A DNA stretch of 64,000 bases. It comes from Somniosus microcephalus (lineage: Eukaryota). The notes under the pieces are model-generated. The model ran no database searches. It was not told the origin of the DNA and saw only the letters and a list, made by a program, of their open reading frames with translations. Positions 1 to 11,779 of this stretch are shown here, in pieces. A program made the position numbers and the translations under genes. The stretch spans positions 25,668,001 to 25,732,000 of the forward strand of contig CM126214.1 of NCBI GenBank assembly GCA_052327205.1, written 5' to 3'. Positions within the stretch are counted from its first letter, which is position 1. Every line of letters starts with the position of its first letter.

Positions 1-272
1 CCGGATAAAGGGTAGGCCATTCAGGACTGAGATGAGAAGAAATTTCTTCACACAGAGGTTGGTGAATCTTTGGAATTCTCTACCCCAGAGGGCTGTGGAG
101 GCTCAGTCATTGGGTATATTCAAAACAGAAGTCGATAGATTTCTGACTAGTAAAGGCATCAAGGGATATGGCGATAGGGCCGGTGAATGAAATTGAAGAT
201 CAGCCATGATCTCATTGAATGGCGGAGCAGGCTCGAATGGCCTACTCCTGCTCCTATTTCTTATGTTCTTAT
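1..272 (+). mobile_element. CR1 LINE 3' end
   Basis: Encodes the RIKGRPFRTEMRRNFFTQRLVNLWNSLP-type ORF2 C-terminus, then the 3' UTR and TTCTTATG tail. Very similar to the copy at 42957-43458. Confidence 0.9.
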
Positions 273-534
273 TATGTCTGCAAGAAAAACCTAGATAAAT
301 TCCTTCACCCCTTCCATTAATTATTCCATAACTAATTATGCTGAAATGTGTGGCTTTCACTTAGAACCTTCCCACACAGCTAGCTTAAGATTGGGAATTT
401 GTGGGGATTGGTTATGCATGAACCCCTGTTTCATCTTTCTGCGGCACAGAGTGTTTCGATTGCCTGTATTTATTTCACAATATGAACTTTGTCTTTCAAA
501 AATCATCATAACTTCTATAATATGTTTCTTGCAG

Positions 535-896
535 GTTCCATTGCAAAGATTGGACTAATTGATGAAAACATCAACATTCAGAGACCAGACTGTTCCACTC
601 TGCAACAACATAGAGCAGGTCTACAGGATCAAATTCATCATCACATGGCTTTGGCAAGTTTTTTCCTGCCAGAGTCCCACTATGGAATCCCTGCTCCAAA
701 CCCGAATGTTAATCAGGCACCTGCCCTGTACCCCACGTACTGCCAGAGGGTTTCCCATACTCTGGCAGCTCGTCCCACCTCGCTCATTCACCATTCCCAT
801 AAATTATCAGACTTGATCCAAAAACCCAGTAGCATGGGGAGCCTGCGACATGCCAAACAACATGCTAATTTGCTGGGCCTTAACCTCCAATATTAA
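535..896 (+). CDS. Terminal coding exon of a probable paired-like (SHOX-like) homeobox gene with a C-terminal OAR-like motif
   Basis: Acceptor tgtttcttgcag|G at 534/535 (phase 1); open frame to TAA at 894-896. C-terminus KPSSMGSLRHAKQHANLLGL resembles the SHOX OAR KNSSIADLRLKARKHAEALGL. AATAAA at 974 and 1147. The homeobox exons would lie upstream of the window. Confidence 0.65.
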
Positions 897-973
897 AGAG
901 CTTTTGTATTAATCATCGAATATGTGGATGTCCACGTGCTTTATATAGTAGAACATTTGAAAGTGAACAAAAA

Positions 974-979
974 AATAAA
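974..979 (+). terminator. Polyadenylation signal of the + strand gene
   Basis: AATAAA about 80 nt after the stop codon; a second copy at 1147-1152. Confidence 0.5.
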
Positions 980-2435
980 ATGAGTTTACATTGAAATTTA
1001 ATTCCTTCGCTTTATTTAATTATTTTACTTGTATCACCCAAAAAAATTGCCTACATACAGGATAAGTGACGTTTAACTGAAACATGCATTTTTGAATGCA
1101 ATCTCCCCATTAAAGAAGTATAATAATTGTAAATACTGGTACACTAAATAAAAGGTCACTGTTTAGGCTGCTGCTCTGGAACATCTGCATGATTTAAGAG
1201 CCATCAAACAAAAGAATTAAAAATTGTCAATGGGGCCAAAGATCTGCAGCCCTTTTGGACGACTTCTGCTGTGGTTCCAGTGGGAGTGCTGTGGAAGAGA
1301 GGCAAATTAGGCCGGGATCCAGAGAGATTGGGTCTCAGCCTCCTGCCAAAGTTTTCTGATGGGGCGGGGTGCAGTGGAGCCTCCACCCACCCCAAACAAG
1401 GCCAACAGTGTAGATCGGGACAGGAATAGGGGAGTGGACTCCCAGCCCAGAGTTTCCACGTCCCCGGCCTATAAAACAGCAGATGAATCATTGATTCACA
1501 AGACTCGTAGCGAGACCTAATGTACCAGCCCATCGAATGGCAGAAGTCAGTTCCATCTGGGGTTCTAGACCTGGACTCCCGAATGGGAGGCAGTTTTGCG
1601 GTCACCTCTTGACCGGGCATCCAAAGCCACATTTTGCAGCATGTCCACCATTGCAGGGACTTGAAGTGTGCCTCCAGTGGCAGGAGCACCCACCTCAATT
1701 AGTTAAAATTAGGAAACCCCCTTCTGACACTGAAGAGTCTGCCAGGGTCAGCACAGGGGGTTCCTGACTGGCACATCCTGGCATTTACTCTGGGATGCTG
1801 CCCCCATAGACCCTCGGCCTCAGAGTCTGTACTTTATATCAACCAAGTATGATATTCAAAAAATTAAATGTGAGGTTAAATATAAGTTAACTGTTTATGT
1901 TTATAAGCTCTTCTATGGATTGAGTTTCATTAATTTGGTTCTCGAAGGTATAAGGTGCCGTGGTACTCTATACATATCTTTATTTGGTTGTGTCTTTATA
2001 CATCTGTGTTCTCCTTCATGCACCAATCATTCACCATAAGGACAGGTGAGCAGTCTCCAGCCAAACTATATATAGTTTATTAAACAGAAAACTAGGCATC
2101 ATTTTTAAATAAATAAGCTACACCTTGTAAAAGAAACCAGAAAAAAAAATTCTAGGCATTGAGATACATTCTATGAGAATGCAAATAGAGCCTCCATTTA
2201 AGAACATATTGGTGTTCACAGAGACTTCTAAAGATTTATATTAAAAGAATTACATCCCTTTCAACAGTTACCAACAAAAGACAGTCACGTTAAAAACTGC
2301 TTAATGACCTGTCAGTACGAGAGGTGCATGTTGCAGTGTGACCCACTCAGCTCAAGAACCTTTACTCCTGAGCTGGACGTTCCAAACTCAGTATGCTATA
2401 GACCCACCACAACTGAGGTGCAGAACTTTGAATAA

Positions 2436-2497
2436 CAACAGAAAATGCTGGAAAGAGAAATTTGAGTTGACGTTTCGGGTCGAAACCCTTCTTCAAA
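2436..2497 (-). mobile_element. Penelope 3' fragment with degenerate hammerhead
   Basis: Minus strand TTGAAGA-A-GGGT(TTCG)ACCC-GAAACGTC-AACT, plus the CAGAAAATGCTGGAAA motif shared with the other Penelope copies. Confidence 0.65.
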
Positions 2498-3399
2498 TAG
2501 CTGAGTTGGTGATTTTATTATTTATTTCCTTCAAATTACTCTCCTGAAGAAAATGGCTCATACTGGGTACAATTACATTGGCAACAGTCCTCCAATACCT
2601 CACCCAAGTGGCTATTCTGCATCTGTAAGTCCAGATAGAGAGTGTCAGCAGGCTTAAACAGCAGGAGGGAAGGTGATGTCAATTATAGTCATTCCAACAC
2701 TGCCCTGACTGAGATCAACTCATTCACATACAATGGATTGAACCTTTAACATTCCTGATCTCTATGGGTACTAATCAAATATCCAATTGACTTAAGTGTG
2801 AGTTATTCAGAAGCAGTAATATTTAAAGGGTAAATGCCAATGAACAATGAAGAACGAGTAATCAGCATAAAATAGAACAATCAAATTGCTTCAACTTAAT
2901 GTTTTTCAAGCAATTTGACTATATCCAAAAACTAAATTTATAACATCATAAAGAAAAAACTCAAAATATGGCTCGGTTTAATTATTCCTTTATCTTAGAC
3001 ATCCCTCTGCACAGGCCAGACCCCAGCTATGTGGCCGATCTGCCCAATATTTGCAGTAGGCTTTCTTGCCAATATTTCCTGGGCCTGAGAATGCTCCATC
3101 CATTTGCAAAATGTAATTATGGCCTGTGGCAGCTGGGAGTCTACCATTTTTACATCAAGCAAAGTTGTACTTTCCAATGCTGTGATAGATAAAGTTAGGA
3201 ATTTGTGCAGCCCAACTTTATTTATTTATGAAATTTTCACCGCTGAAGGAAATCGGCTGCTTTGTGGACCATGAGACATGTTTAGCTTATTGGCAGGCAA
3301 TGTTCAGCCAACTTATGTTACTTGAGTCTTGAGACACTCTGGGCAATAAGTTTAATGGAGATTGTATGGAAGTGGATGCGTGACTACACTGAATAATAA

Positions 3400-3630
3400 T
3401 AAACAATAACAATTTACATTTATATAGTGCCTTCAATGTAGAAAAACGTTGCAGGGTGCTTTACTGAGGCATAATCAGACAAAAATGGACATCAAGCCAA
3501 ATAAGGATTAAGGAGAGTCTTAAAGGAGGAGGGGGTGGTGGAGAGGTGGGAAGAGTTTAGGGAGCAAATTCCAGAATATGGGGCCTGGAAGGCTGAAGGC
3601 ACAGCCGCCAATGATGGGGTGTAGAGAAGG
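3400..3630 (-). mobile_element. L2 LINE 3' end
   Basis: Same tail family (…GGCACTATATAAATG…TTGTT) and body as the L2 pieces at 41190-41440 and 44950-45145. Confidence 0.6.
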
Positions 3631-4653
3631 AGACAAATAAAACCGTATCCCACCAATAGTTTTCTATGTCTGTATGTGTGTGTGTCTGTATCTAACGGAG
3701 CACAGCAGCAATAATAATACAATACAATAAATACAGCTAAAACTGCAGCCCATTGATAATTAGTAAATATATACAGAATCAATATTAATAATATAGCCAG
3801 AGCTGAAGGACACCCCACATCTTTCCTACCCACTTTTTCACCATCTCCAAAGTCAGGCCTTGTGTTCTAGCTTCCTGCAAATGCAGCAAGACAAAAAACA
3901 CACACACACCCCACACGACACACACACACCCACCCACCAATCCTCACACTTACAGAACGAGACAAATCGTTTCTGCGATTGTCAGAGCTGAGTCCGGGTC
4001 AAGGTCTTGGGCAGATGAGAAGAAAAGGAAATAGATATGAAATATACAGGAAAGAAAAGACAGACATCCAGGAGAAAAGGTGCGAGAAACATACAGAAAA
4101 GGAGTCAGACACAGATAGAGATTGAGAGAGACAGTCAGGGACCAACCCACAGATACCAAAGGAACAAATGTGTGAGAGGCATAGCAAGAGAGAAAGTGTG
4201 GAAGACAGAGAGGGAGCCAGAACAAATGAGAGAGACAGAATATCAGGAAGTGAGAGAATTTTTTTCTATTGTTTTTGCCTGTGAGTAATGCCACAGAAGA
4301 TCAATTGTAATATTAAACACTGTGTATTTACTGTTGTAACCCTCCCGTCATTCTAAAACAACATCTGCTCCAGTTTACTGTGAGTGGTGCCACAGGAGAT
4401 GACGCTAGTTCTTTTTTAAATAACTGATATCAGGTGTGATATTTTGGGGTGAAAAATAAACAGTGCTTAATTTTGAAAGAGTACAGTCACAAATTCTAAA
4501 GAACATTTTGGTCTATTTGTAAGATTAAATCTGTTATTTATACTGGACTGGGGAGTTAGTTACACCCTCAGTATCTGATGAACATTAATCTGCAGCCAGT
4601 TGTAGATGTAGTTTCCTAACCACAGACCCAGGCTGCGTTCTCACTTTACAGTC

Positions 4654-4862
4654 ACCTCCAAGTCACACATTGGAAGTATATCACCATTCCTTCATCGTCG
4701 CTGGATCAAAATCCTGGAATGCCCTCCCTAACAGCACTGTGGGAGTACCTTCACCATACAGACTGCAGCGGTTCAAGAAGGCGGCTCACCACCACCTTCT
4801 CAAGGGCAATAAATGCTGGCCTTGCCAGCGACGCTCGCATCCCATGAATGAGTTAAAAAAAA
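4654..4862 (+). mobile_element. Non-LTR retrotransposon 3' end (same family as 16358-16719 and 35250-35925; clade uncertain)
   Basis: SFIVAGSKSWNALPN…LQRFKKAAHHHLLKG, then AATAAA and an A-rich tail. Confidence 0.8.
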
Positions 4863-6056
4863 GCCCAACACATATCTTATCTCTAGCATCCTTACATGCT
4901 GGACATGCAGTGTGCTATGACCTACTTTACAGCTTACACTGTTTATCTGTTCAATTTGGTCATCTTTACTCTGCTGTTACACTTTTTCCAATAAATTGCT
5001 CAGTGACAGGAAAATCGAGAACTTCTCAGTTAACTCTCTGACTGCTGGATTTTATTTACATCTTTCAATCCTTACTTTACTTAGCCTGAATAATTGTTAA
5101 AGGTATGTTTTGAATATATTCTTTGAGACATTGCACATGTTTTTGTCGTGAGCAGTTCCGATCCGGACTAAACACCACCGTAGTTCATATTACGGAATTG
5201 GCTGTCATAATAATAATGACATTAAAATGGCGTGAAAATTGAATTATATTTCATGATGATGTGGATTTGTGACCCACAAACTGTGCAGGCTGGAGGAGGA
5301 TGCATGTTAGCAAGGGCATTATTTGGATGCTGTAGTCTGTTCCATTATCAGTTCATACTGCCAAGACTTAAATGGGAAAGCAAGCTTAGGACTCTACTTT
5401 TTAATCACAATTCTCTGCTGGGAATCCAGTGCTTTGACGACAGTGTTTCTGGACCGTCCGGCAACAAACGTTTAGCAATTCAGACAAAAACCTTATGACC
5501 AATTTTTCTTTCCCCTTCTCTTACCTGGGTGCCTGAAGTTGCATTTGCCTAACCTAAACAGCCTGTATTTCTGTGGTTAGATTATTTTAATAGGCCTTGT
5601 GCCTGTAAGTGGGGACAGCCTGTAAGGACAACCTTTGCTGCAAGCCTCAGCTTTATTTGAACTTGTCTTGTGTGCTTAGCTATTGCTGGCAGACAACAGC
5701 TACAGTAATAAGCACCAGGTGTAACTAAGCTGCTTCTAGACAGGTGTTACTTCCTGAATTTCAGTGCTAACAGAAATACATAGGTTCAGTCTCATTCTTC
5801 AGAATCATAACAAATCCAGAAACAATTAATTTAAAATCACATTTACTTTGCTGTACTGTAATGCAGCGCATTGCAAACTTTGAGTATTTCATTATTACTG
5901 ACATTGCATTACTTAACCTGCATACACACCGACATTAAAGTATGAATAAAAGCAAAAATGTTAAGTAGCACAGTATGTCACAGTACCCATATACAAAGTC
6001 ATGGCAGAGAGGAGTACAAGTTTGAAGCCCAACACTGCTGAAAGAAAGAAATGTAA

Positions 6057-6180
6057 GAAGTCACACAACACCAGGTTATAGTCCAACAGCTTTATTTGAA
6101 ATCACAAGCTTTCGGAGCGCTGCTCCTTCGTCGGGTGAAGTGGAGAAATGCATAAAGACACAGCTTATATAGTCAGAGAA
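6057..6180 (-). mobile_element. Penelope-type 3' end with hammerhead-like core
   Basis: Minus strand CCGACGA-A-GGAGC(AGC)GCTCC-GAAAGCTT…AATAAA…GGACTATAACCTGGTGTTGTG. Confidence 0.65.
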
Positions 6181-6227
6181 TCATGTCAGATGTTTACAGG
6201 TAATGTTTCCAACTGCCATTTATCACA

Positions 6228-6655
6228 AAGAAAGAAAGACTTGTATTTATATAGTGCCTTTCACAACCTCAGGACATTCCAAAGCGCTTTACAGCCAATA
6301 AAGTCCTTAGGAAGCACGGCAGCCAAATTTCACTCAGCAAGGTTCCACAAACAGCAATGTAACGATGACCAGATAATCCGTTTTTCTTAGTGATGTTGGC
6401 TGAGGGACAAATATTGGACAGGACACCGGAGATAACTCCCCTGCTCTTCAAATAGTGCGTTGGGATCTTTTACATCCACTTGAGGGGGCAGACGGGACCA
6501 CGGTTTAACGTCCCATCTGAAATACGGCACCTCCGACAGTGCAGCACTCCCTCAGTACTGCACTGGAGTGTCAGCCTAGATTTTGTGCTCAAGTGGGACT
6601 TGAACCCACAACCTTCTGACTCAGGCGAGAGTTCTACCCACTAAACCATGACTGA
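6228..6655 (-). mobile_element. tRNA-derived Deu-domain SINE (SacSINE1-like)
   Basis: tRNA-like head with a GGTTCAAGTCCC B-box, a central domain and an L2-like tail. Homologous to 8630-9047 in the opposite orientation. Confidence 0.8.
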
Positions 6656-7802
6656 ACTCCTGAGCTCAGCTGTATGCCTAGTGGTGGCCCCCCCAAAGTG
6701 GGAAGTTATCGCAGAGCTGTTGTCATGTGGCATGGGAGCAAATTGGCAGAAAATGATTGTGATCTGGGAATATATAAATATATGGTGTTATTATTCACTG
6801 CAAAAGCAGATTGTTTGATATTTGGAGTGACATTAGCCTAACTTGATGCATTTTTTGCCTGCAAAATTGACCGTGACACACACATACATATTTTTGAGAT
6901 TTAATGGCTCATTCTAACTTCCAGCGGTGATGGAAAATAGGTGGTAGCAGATTGGCCACTTGTAATACACCCCGACAGATTTTCCATTCCATTGAAATGG
7001 GGATATGGCCTCCTTCGTCTGTGTTTGTCTTGTGATCTTGTGACCTACTTTCTTTCTTTGACTGAGAATATTCCAAAAGTGACTGGAAAGAGATTTACAG
7101 CAGATTATAAAACATGCATAAAACACAGGTGTTAAAGCGAATGTGTGAAACAATTTATATATAATCCCAATTGGGATCTATGCCAAGTGTTGCAGCATTT
7201 CTAATAGACAAGGTTTTTATTCATTTCCTTCTTCACAGAACTCCAGTGTTGCATCTTCAGATGTCTGCCATTGTCTGAAACAAATGAATATATTTTATTC
7301 CTTTTTCTCCATTTAATTGTAAGACTTTTTAAGGTGTCAGGTGATACTAAAATATACCGATTGCTAAAAATGTTTTAAAAAATTAAAAATCAAAATGGAT
7401 TCATTAGCGTGGTGTGTATAACACCAACATTTCTATATAACAAAGACTACAAAATTTGGTTTAAAAAAAGCCACTAAGCCATCTGTGGGTGAATATGTGC
7501 TCGTGCACCTGGTGTGTGCACTAGTATTAGGGCTGTCCACAATTTAATATCTTAAGCTGCATGGGGCCAATTGTACTGTCACTGCCTCTGTGATCATTAC
7601 AAAATCGATTCGACAGAATGGGAGAAATCAGAGTGTCTTCACTACCTAAGAATCCTGTGCATTTCAGAATTTAAAAAAAATGTTGAATGCTTTTAAAGAC
7701 GTATAATTATATTCAGTGGTTGCCTCAATAGGAACTCACATCTGTCTCTCTGCTACACAGAGTCTATAAAAACTGCCAGATTTGAGTCATTGGGCACATA
7801 TA

Positions 7803-7962
7803 AGAAACCGAAAATGCTGGAAATACTCAGCTGGTCAGGCAGCATCTGTGGAGAGAGAAACATTTCTCTCTCCGCAGATGCTGCCTGACCTGCTGAATAT
7901 TTCCAGCATTTTCTGTTTATATTTCAGATTTCCAACATCCGCAGTATTTTGCCTTTTGTATT
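7803..7962. mobile_element. Foldback of two Penelope 3' ends (hairpin 7810-7913)
   Basis: About 51-bp inverted arms around a 2-nt loop; the arm sequence matches the Penelope ends at 13340-13390 and 18708-18760. Confidence 0.85.
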
Positions 7963-8629
7963 AAGATCTGAATGAATTCATTTCCCATCTTCAATTTGCC
8001 CATAGCTGAGAGTTGAGTACTGGATCAGCTAAATAAAGGGCGATTAAGCCTTCAAGATAAAATTAAATGCCTTGTACATGTCACTAAAAAGCAGGGCAGG
8101 GCAAACAGGAGTAAAAATCTAGCACGGTGTACTCCATGGGTGCACTGGCAATGTGCTTACATGAGACAGGCTGAAAATGGAATATCCAATGGTATTGGAG
8201 ACAACATTTTCAACTAACTTTTAATTTTTGTAAGCATAGTAAAACCTCTACAAACTTTCAATTTTCTTGTAATGAGCTTTAATAAAATCCACCAACTTTG
8301 GACTAAGTTCTCTTGGATCCTCAGCTCTCTGCTTTGAAAAAATACATAGAATTTTTTTAAGTTTTTAATTAAAGGCCAGGGTATATTAATAATGCCCTTT
8401 TTATTCAGCAAACAGGTTATCTTGTCAGGGAATTAATATATTCCCAGGGCAGATGCAGTGATGCTTTGACACTTTAAAAACGTCAAGTTGACATGGTTGT
8501 GGATCGCTGTAAATTAGACAACATTTCTCAAATTTAAAATGGCTGTTCAGAGACAAGAGACTGAAATCCATTTTAGAACTATACCAATATAACTTGTATA
8601 TAAAATCTTCCTTTTGTGACCCCCCAATG

Positions 8630-9047
8630 CGTCAGCCTTGGCAGCTCGATTGCCTCCAAGTCAGAAGGTTGTGAGTTCAAGCTCCACTCCAGAGACTTGA
8701 ACACATAATCTATGTTGGCAGTTCAGTACTGCAGGAGTGCTGCACAGTCAGAGGTGCTGCTTTCTGGATGAGCTGTAAAACCAAGGCCCTGTCTCGGGTG
8801 GATACACAAGATCCTGTGGCACTATTGGAAGAAGAGCAGAGGAGTTCTCCTGGAGTCCTGGTCAACATTTATCCCTAACCATCACCAGATTATCTAATCA
8901 TTTATTTCATTGCTGGTTGTGGGCCCTTGCTGTGTGCAAATTGGCTGCTGTGTTTCCCTAAATTACAACAATGACCACTGTTTAAAAAGTACTTCATTAG
9001 CTGTGAGGTGCTTTTGGACATCTTGAGGTTGTGAAAGGTGCTATAAT
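8630..9047 (+). mobile_element. Deu-domain SINE (SacSINE1-like)
   Basis: GTCAGAAGGTTGTGAGTTCAAG head and …GTGAAAGGTGCTATAA tail; homologous to 6228-6655. Confidence 0.8.
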
Positions 9048-9501
9048 TTTTAAAAATCATAAACAAAACAATTATAGGCTAAGTCCCTCTGACAGTTGTG
9101 AGTCCTTTAAGAAATATCAGACTTTGTATTGCTCTTACCATTTCTGTTTGCAAACCCGAGTTTGGCCAACTGCCATAATAACCGCCAAGGCAATAGCTTT
9201 GCAGATGATGAGTGGAAAAAAGTTTAACAGGTCATAGTTGAATGCTGGAAAAATAAGAAAATAGTAATGACGTAAAGGTGAAAAAATGATCGGTAAAGAC
9301 ATTTTAAATTTTGAGACTTAGCATGGTTTCAAGTTGTGATGAATGATGTCCAGTGTCATTTCTGCCTCCATAGATGGCATATTTTAAGGTAGAATCGGCA
9401 CAAATGGTTTAACCTCCCTTTCATCATGCCAACCAACTCTGGAGGGTGGGCGGGGAGTGCAATGCCTTACCCTGCTAGGCCTGCCAATCGAGAGTCCTGA
9501 T

Positions 9502-9879
9502 TCGGGTTGCCAATCCTCCAGCATTGTCCTGGAATCTCCAGGAATTGAGGATTAATCTCCAGGACACTGCTGCCAGCAACCAGGAAAAAAAAATCATTGG
9601 GGGCATTAAAAAAAGTGTTTTTTTTTTTCCATTTTCTTTTAAACACTTTTGCTTTTTAGTTATAAAAATATTGGAGATGTGGTAAAAAGGCTATTTGTCC
9701 GAGAGTCAAGAATCATCAATCGGGTAATGAAGAGTCTTCTTATTTCTGAATTGGCGTGGGTAGGTGGTGCTCCGCGAGGATGCACGTCAGGCACCCAATG
9801 CCAGGAGCGCAACGGTTGGAGTCAGGCGGTCACGTGACAAAACCTCCAGGAATACGTCCAACCGGAGTTGGCAACCCTA
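9502..9879. mobile_element. Non-autonomous hAT-type DNA transposon (MITE)
   Basis: TIRs GGGTTGCCAA (9504-9513) / TTGGCAACCC (9868-9877); degenerate 8-bp TSD GTCCTGAT / GTCCTGGC. Confidence 0.7.
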
Positions 9880-10059
9880 GTCCTGGCTGAGTGAAACTGT
9901 CTCCAAATAACTGAAGTAATGGGTGAGCAGAGACAGAAATGGAGATAAGAGAAACAGACGTGAAAAAGATGGAAATGGCATAGCCAAATAACTCCCAGAA
10001 GTACAGACGGGACTGGGAGTTGCATGTAGAATCATTGAAATTTAGATGTCTGAATGCAA

Positions 10060-10500
10060 CCAGTACTTCTGCAGTAATGGTTTCTAGTCCTGCAGTTGCA
10101 TGGTCACCTTTGGAGTCATTCAAGGATCTATCCTTGGCCCCACCCCCTTCCTCATCTACATGCTATCCTTTGGTGACAGATTCCATATGTATGCCGATAA
10201 CATCCAGGTCTATCTCTCCACTTTTCTTGACCCCATGTCCATCTCCATGGTGCCAGACTACCTGGTTGATGTTAAGTCATGGATAAGTCACAACATCCTC
10301 CAACTGAACATTGGGAAGACTGAAGCCATTGTTTTCAGCCCTCACCACAAACTCCATTTCTTTGCCATTGACTGCATCCTCTGCCCCAGTCACTTTTTCA
10401 GAAACCATAGTATTAGCTTCGAACCCTGCATCGCATCCATTACCAAGATTACTTATTTCGACCTCCACAACATTGCCCACCTCCGCCCTTTCCTCAGCCA
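10060..10500 (+). mobile_element. L2 LINE reverse-transcriptase fragment
   Basis: GVIQGSILGP…FHMYADNIQVYLS…SWISHNILQLNIGKTEAIVF. Confidence 0.85.
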
Positions 10501-11207
10501 AGTAATTTATGTACATTATATAAACATCAATGGACCCAGCACTGCTCCTGGAGGCATCCCATGTGTTGCCTCTTTGCAAGCCAATCCAGCACCAAGCACA
10601 ACTATTCTTTGCTTCTCTGCTTCACCCAATTGTCAAGTGATTTTGCTAAGTGATTTGGAGTACCATTTTTTACTTGCCACCATTCCCCTTAAACACTGGA
10701 CACTCTGAGGTCTCAATATACTTGAGCTACTTGGAGAAGAGAAGATGAACAGGAATGGTTGGATGCCAACCACTCAAACCAAACTGCTGCTTCTAACTGA
10801 AGCACTGCTCCTGAATGAGCTGCTCTCGTACTCAATTGCTTCACACTGATTAAGCTTTGTTTCTGTCGATGGTGCTGTTGTACATTCTGGATGTAAGAAG
10901 ATTTATTCCTCTATCATTCAAACTTATACTTTAAAAAATAGCTTCATGCTATGAAAAGTCAATATAAAATGTACGCATAGATCACAGAGAACGCAACATA
11001 TTTCTACATTCTAATCAATGGTCAAATATAAGTGATTGATAGCATAACAAATGAAGAAGTGAGACTAGACGAGACATGATGTTGCTCATATATAGAAATC
11101 TTAACTGAAAGCACAGATACCCGAGTGACTGACAACAATATTATATTAATACATGGAACTGGAAGGTATGTATTTTTAAAAGTACTAGTAAAATTGATGC
11201 AACTCAC

Positions 11208-11528
11208 CATGAACTTGCACATTTATCGAACCCATTGCAATGATCTGTGATGACAAATATGTGGTAGCACAGCAGTAGTAAACGCCAGCATCTTCATTTT
11301 GGAGGTTGGAGAGAGTAAGTGTAAAATCATGTCTGTCTGCTGCCACAGTTTGGTTGCTGATGTTGCCTCTGTTTATTGACATCAACTGGCTACAGTTTTC
11401 ATTATCCTTTGTCCAAAATACTCTGAGTGTGTTATTCAAATGCTCATCAAATTTTGCAATACACTGAAGCTTTAGGGAGCCTCCTCTTAGTCCTCTCATT
11501 TTGGAATTGGGAATAACCAGCTTGAAAT
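11208..11528 (-). CDS. Ig domain 2 exon of the BTLA/CD160-like gene
   Basis: Phase 1-1 exon of 321 nt (ttaag|AT … CATG|gtgagt). DFKLVIPNSKMRGLRGGSLKLQC…VFWTKDNENC…FTLTLSNLQNEDAGVYYCCA…INVQVH, with canonical Ig Cys, Trp and DxGxYxC. Confidence 0.9.
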
Positions 11529-11779
11529 CTTAAGATTCAAAAATAAAACTATTTGTGATCATAAGATTAAATAAAATGTGCATTGTTTTGTGTCCGAGAA
11601 CAGGAGGTTATTAACAGGAACTAAGTATTGGAGAAAATACCAGCAATTATTGAATTTAACAACTTTTATTTCTGTTGTGCCTCTTGCATAGAAAATGTCT
11701 CAGTACTTGTTAGGGAAGAGGGAAGGAAAAGGGGAAAATAGAAGCTGGGTGGGAATGAAGCCAGTCAATTCAAAGGGAA

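Noticed and set aside
1204-1800. GC-richer 164-aa ORF
   Set aside because: No recognisable domain or splice structure; probably a decayed repeat that I cannot classify.
3950-4294. Hydrophobic 114-aa ORF
   Set aside because: It is the translation of a degenerate GA-rich low-complexity tract.
5525-7275. Isolated splice-like signals (donor at 5524, acceptors near 7083 and 7275) as cytoplasmic exons
   Set aside because: They give no consistent frame and no ITIM/ITSM motifs.
10773-10886. Candidate Ig-gene exon ECTTAPSTETKLNQ…SSSLV*
   Set aside because: The acceptor is plausible, but there is no donor, no TM segment and no other support, and it lies beyond the nearer AATAAA.
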